From contig DASRUN010000066.1 of NCBI GenBank assembly GCA_035655435.1, forward strand, positions 520 through 64,519: a stretch of DNA of 64,000 nucleotides. Reading direction: 5' to 3'. Both the position numbers and the translations under genes were made by a program. The notes beneath the pieces were generated by a model. It did no database searches. It worked only from the letters and a program-made list of their open reading frames with translations, and was not told the DNA's origin. Of the stretch, positions 63,498 to 64,000 are shown in pieces; the stretch's first letter is position 1; every line of letters begins with the position of its first letter. The DNA comes from an archaeon. GTDB lineage: Archaea; Iainarchaeota; Iainarchaeia; Iainarchaeales; Iainarchaeaceae.

Positions 63498-64000
63498 TGC
63501 TTGAAAAACATTTTGTAAAACAGGCTCTTAACAAACTCAAACTTGACACTTATTTAACAAAAGAACTTGATAGGGCGGGTTTCACAAAATCAGAAATAGT
63601 GAAAACGCCGCTTGTAACAAGAATTGTTGTTAATGTAACAAGACCCGGATTGGCAATTGGAAAAAGCGGAGCAAACATCCAACAGTTAACCGAAACAATC
63701 GAAAAAAGATTCGGCATTGACAACCCGCAAATTGAAATAAAAGAAATCGAAAAGCCTGAACTTGATGCAAAGGCTGTTGCAAATAAAATCAAGGCACTTG
63801 TTGAAAGAGGTTTCTCATGGAGAAGCGTTGTTTTCAAAGCGGTTCAGGAAATACAGGCTTCCGGAGCACAGGGACTTGAAATAATTCTCAGCGGAAAAAT
63901 AACAGGAAAAGCCGGAAGAAAAAGAAGCCAGAGAATAGCTCACGGTTATATGAAAAAAGTCGGAGAACAGGCAAAACTTGTTGATTACGGACAAGCCGCC
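63497..64000 (+). CDS. rps3: ribosomal protein uS3 (partial, runs off the window)
   Basis: ATG in a TAATG overlap with the rpl22 stop, AGGAGG upstream. KH motif RPGLAIGKSGANIQ. Open to the window end, so absent from the ORF track. Confidence 0.9.
   Translation, partial: MLEKHFVKQALNKLKLDTYLTKELDRAGFTKSEIVKTPLVTRIVVNVTRPGLAIGKSGANIQQLTETIEKRFGIDNPQIEIKEIEKPELDAKAVANKIKALVERGFSWRSVVFKAVQEIQASGAQGLEIILSGKITGKAGRKRSQRIAHGYMKKVGEQAKLVDYGQAA

Noticed and set aside
1-64000. CRISPR arrays, rRNA genes, and a bacterial (CPR) origin for the contig
   Set aside because: No regularly spaced direct repeats and no rRNA-like segments were seen. Despite bacterial-flavoured genes (SLT, PAP2, UppS, DtxR), the split rpoB/rpoA, rpoH, rpl30e, aEF-2, aEF-1alpha, archaeal RibC/RibK and intron-bearing tRNAs make the backbone archaeal.

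Overview
AT-rich archaeal contig. The archaeal call rests on split rpoB (B''/B'), split rpoA (A'/A''), rpl30e, a short KH-type NusA, aEF-2, aEF-1alpha, and intron-containing tRNAs with RtcB. The many cysteine-rich surface proteins and toxin-antitoxin pairs suggest a small-genome DPANN-type lineage, but that is inference only. The backbone is the conserved block rpoH-rpoB''-rpoB'-rpoA'-rpoA''-rpl30e-nusA-rps12-rps7-EF2 (27.9-39.8 kb). It is followed by tuf-rps10 (52.5-54.1 kb) and rpl3-rpl4-rpl23-rpl2-rps19-rpl22-rps3 (59.4-64.0 kb, running off the window). The left half holds housekeeping genes: rpiA, a riboflavin ribK/ribC/ribH operon, lipid genes (geranylgeranyl reductase, UppS, PAP2), three DNA glycosylases, a DtxR-FTR1 iron pair, MscS, five tRNAs (two with introns), and several TA pairs. 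About 12.6 kb of accessory DNA sits between EF-2 and tuf: giant surface proteins, an AAA ATPase, a transposase remnant, and AbiE-like and RelE-like modules. About 5.3 kb more sits between rps10 and rpl3. The strongest signals are non-coding. (1) Four homologous GC-rich structured cassettes are wedged exactly in front of rpoB', rpoA', rps12 and EF-2. Each supplies the Shine-Dalgarno and pairs it with an anti-SD, each is an ORF that stops on the downstream start codon, and one is flanked by a 13-nt duplication of the rpoA' start. (2) The ribH leader repeats the first 11 ribH codons with only synonymous changes and contains a perfect triplex-capable three-arm repeat. (3) A two-hairpin element occurs twice, 30 kb apart, with compensatory stem changes. 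No CRISPR array, rRNA or intein was seen.
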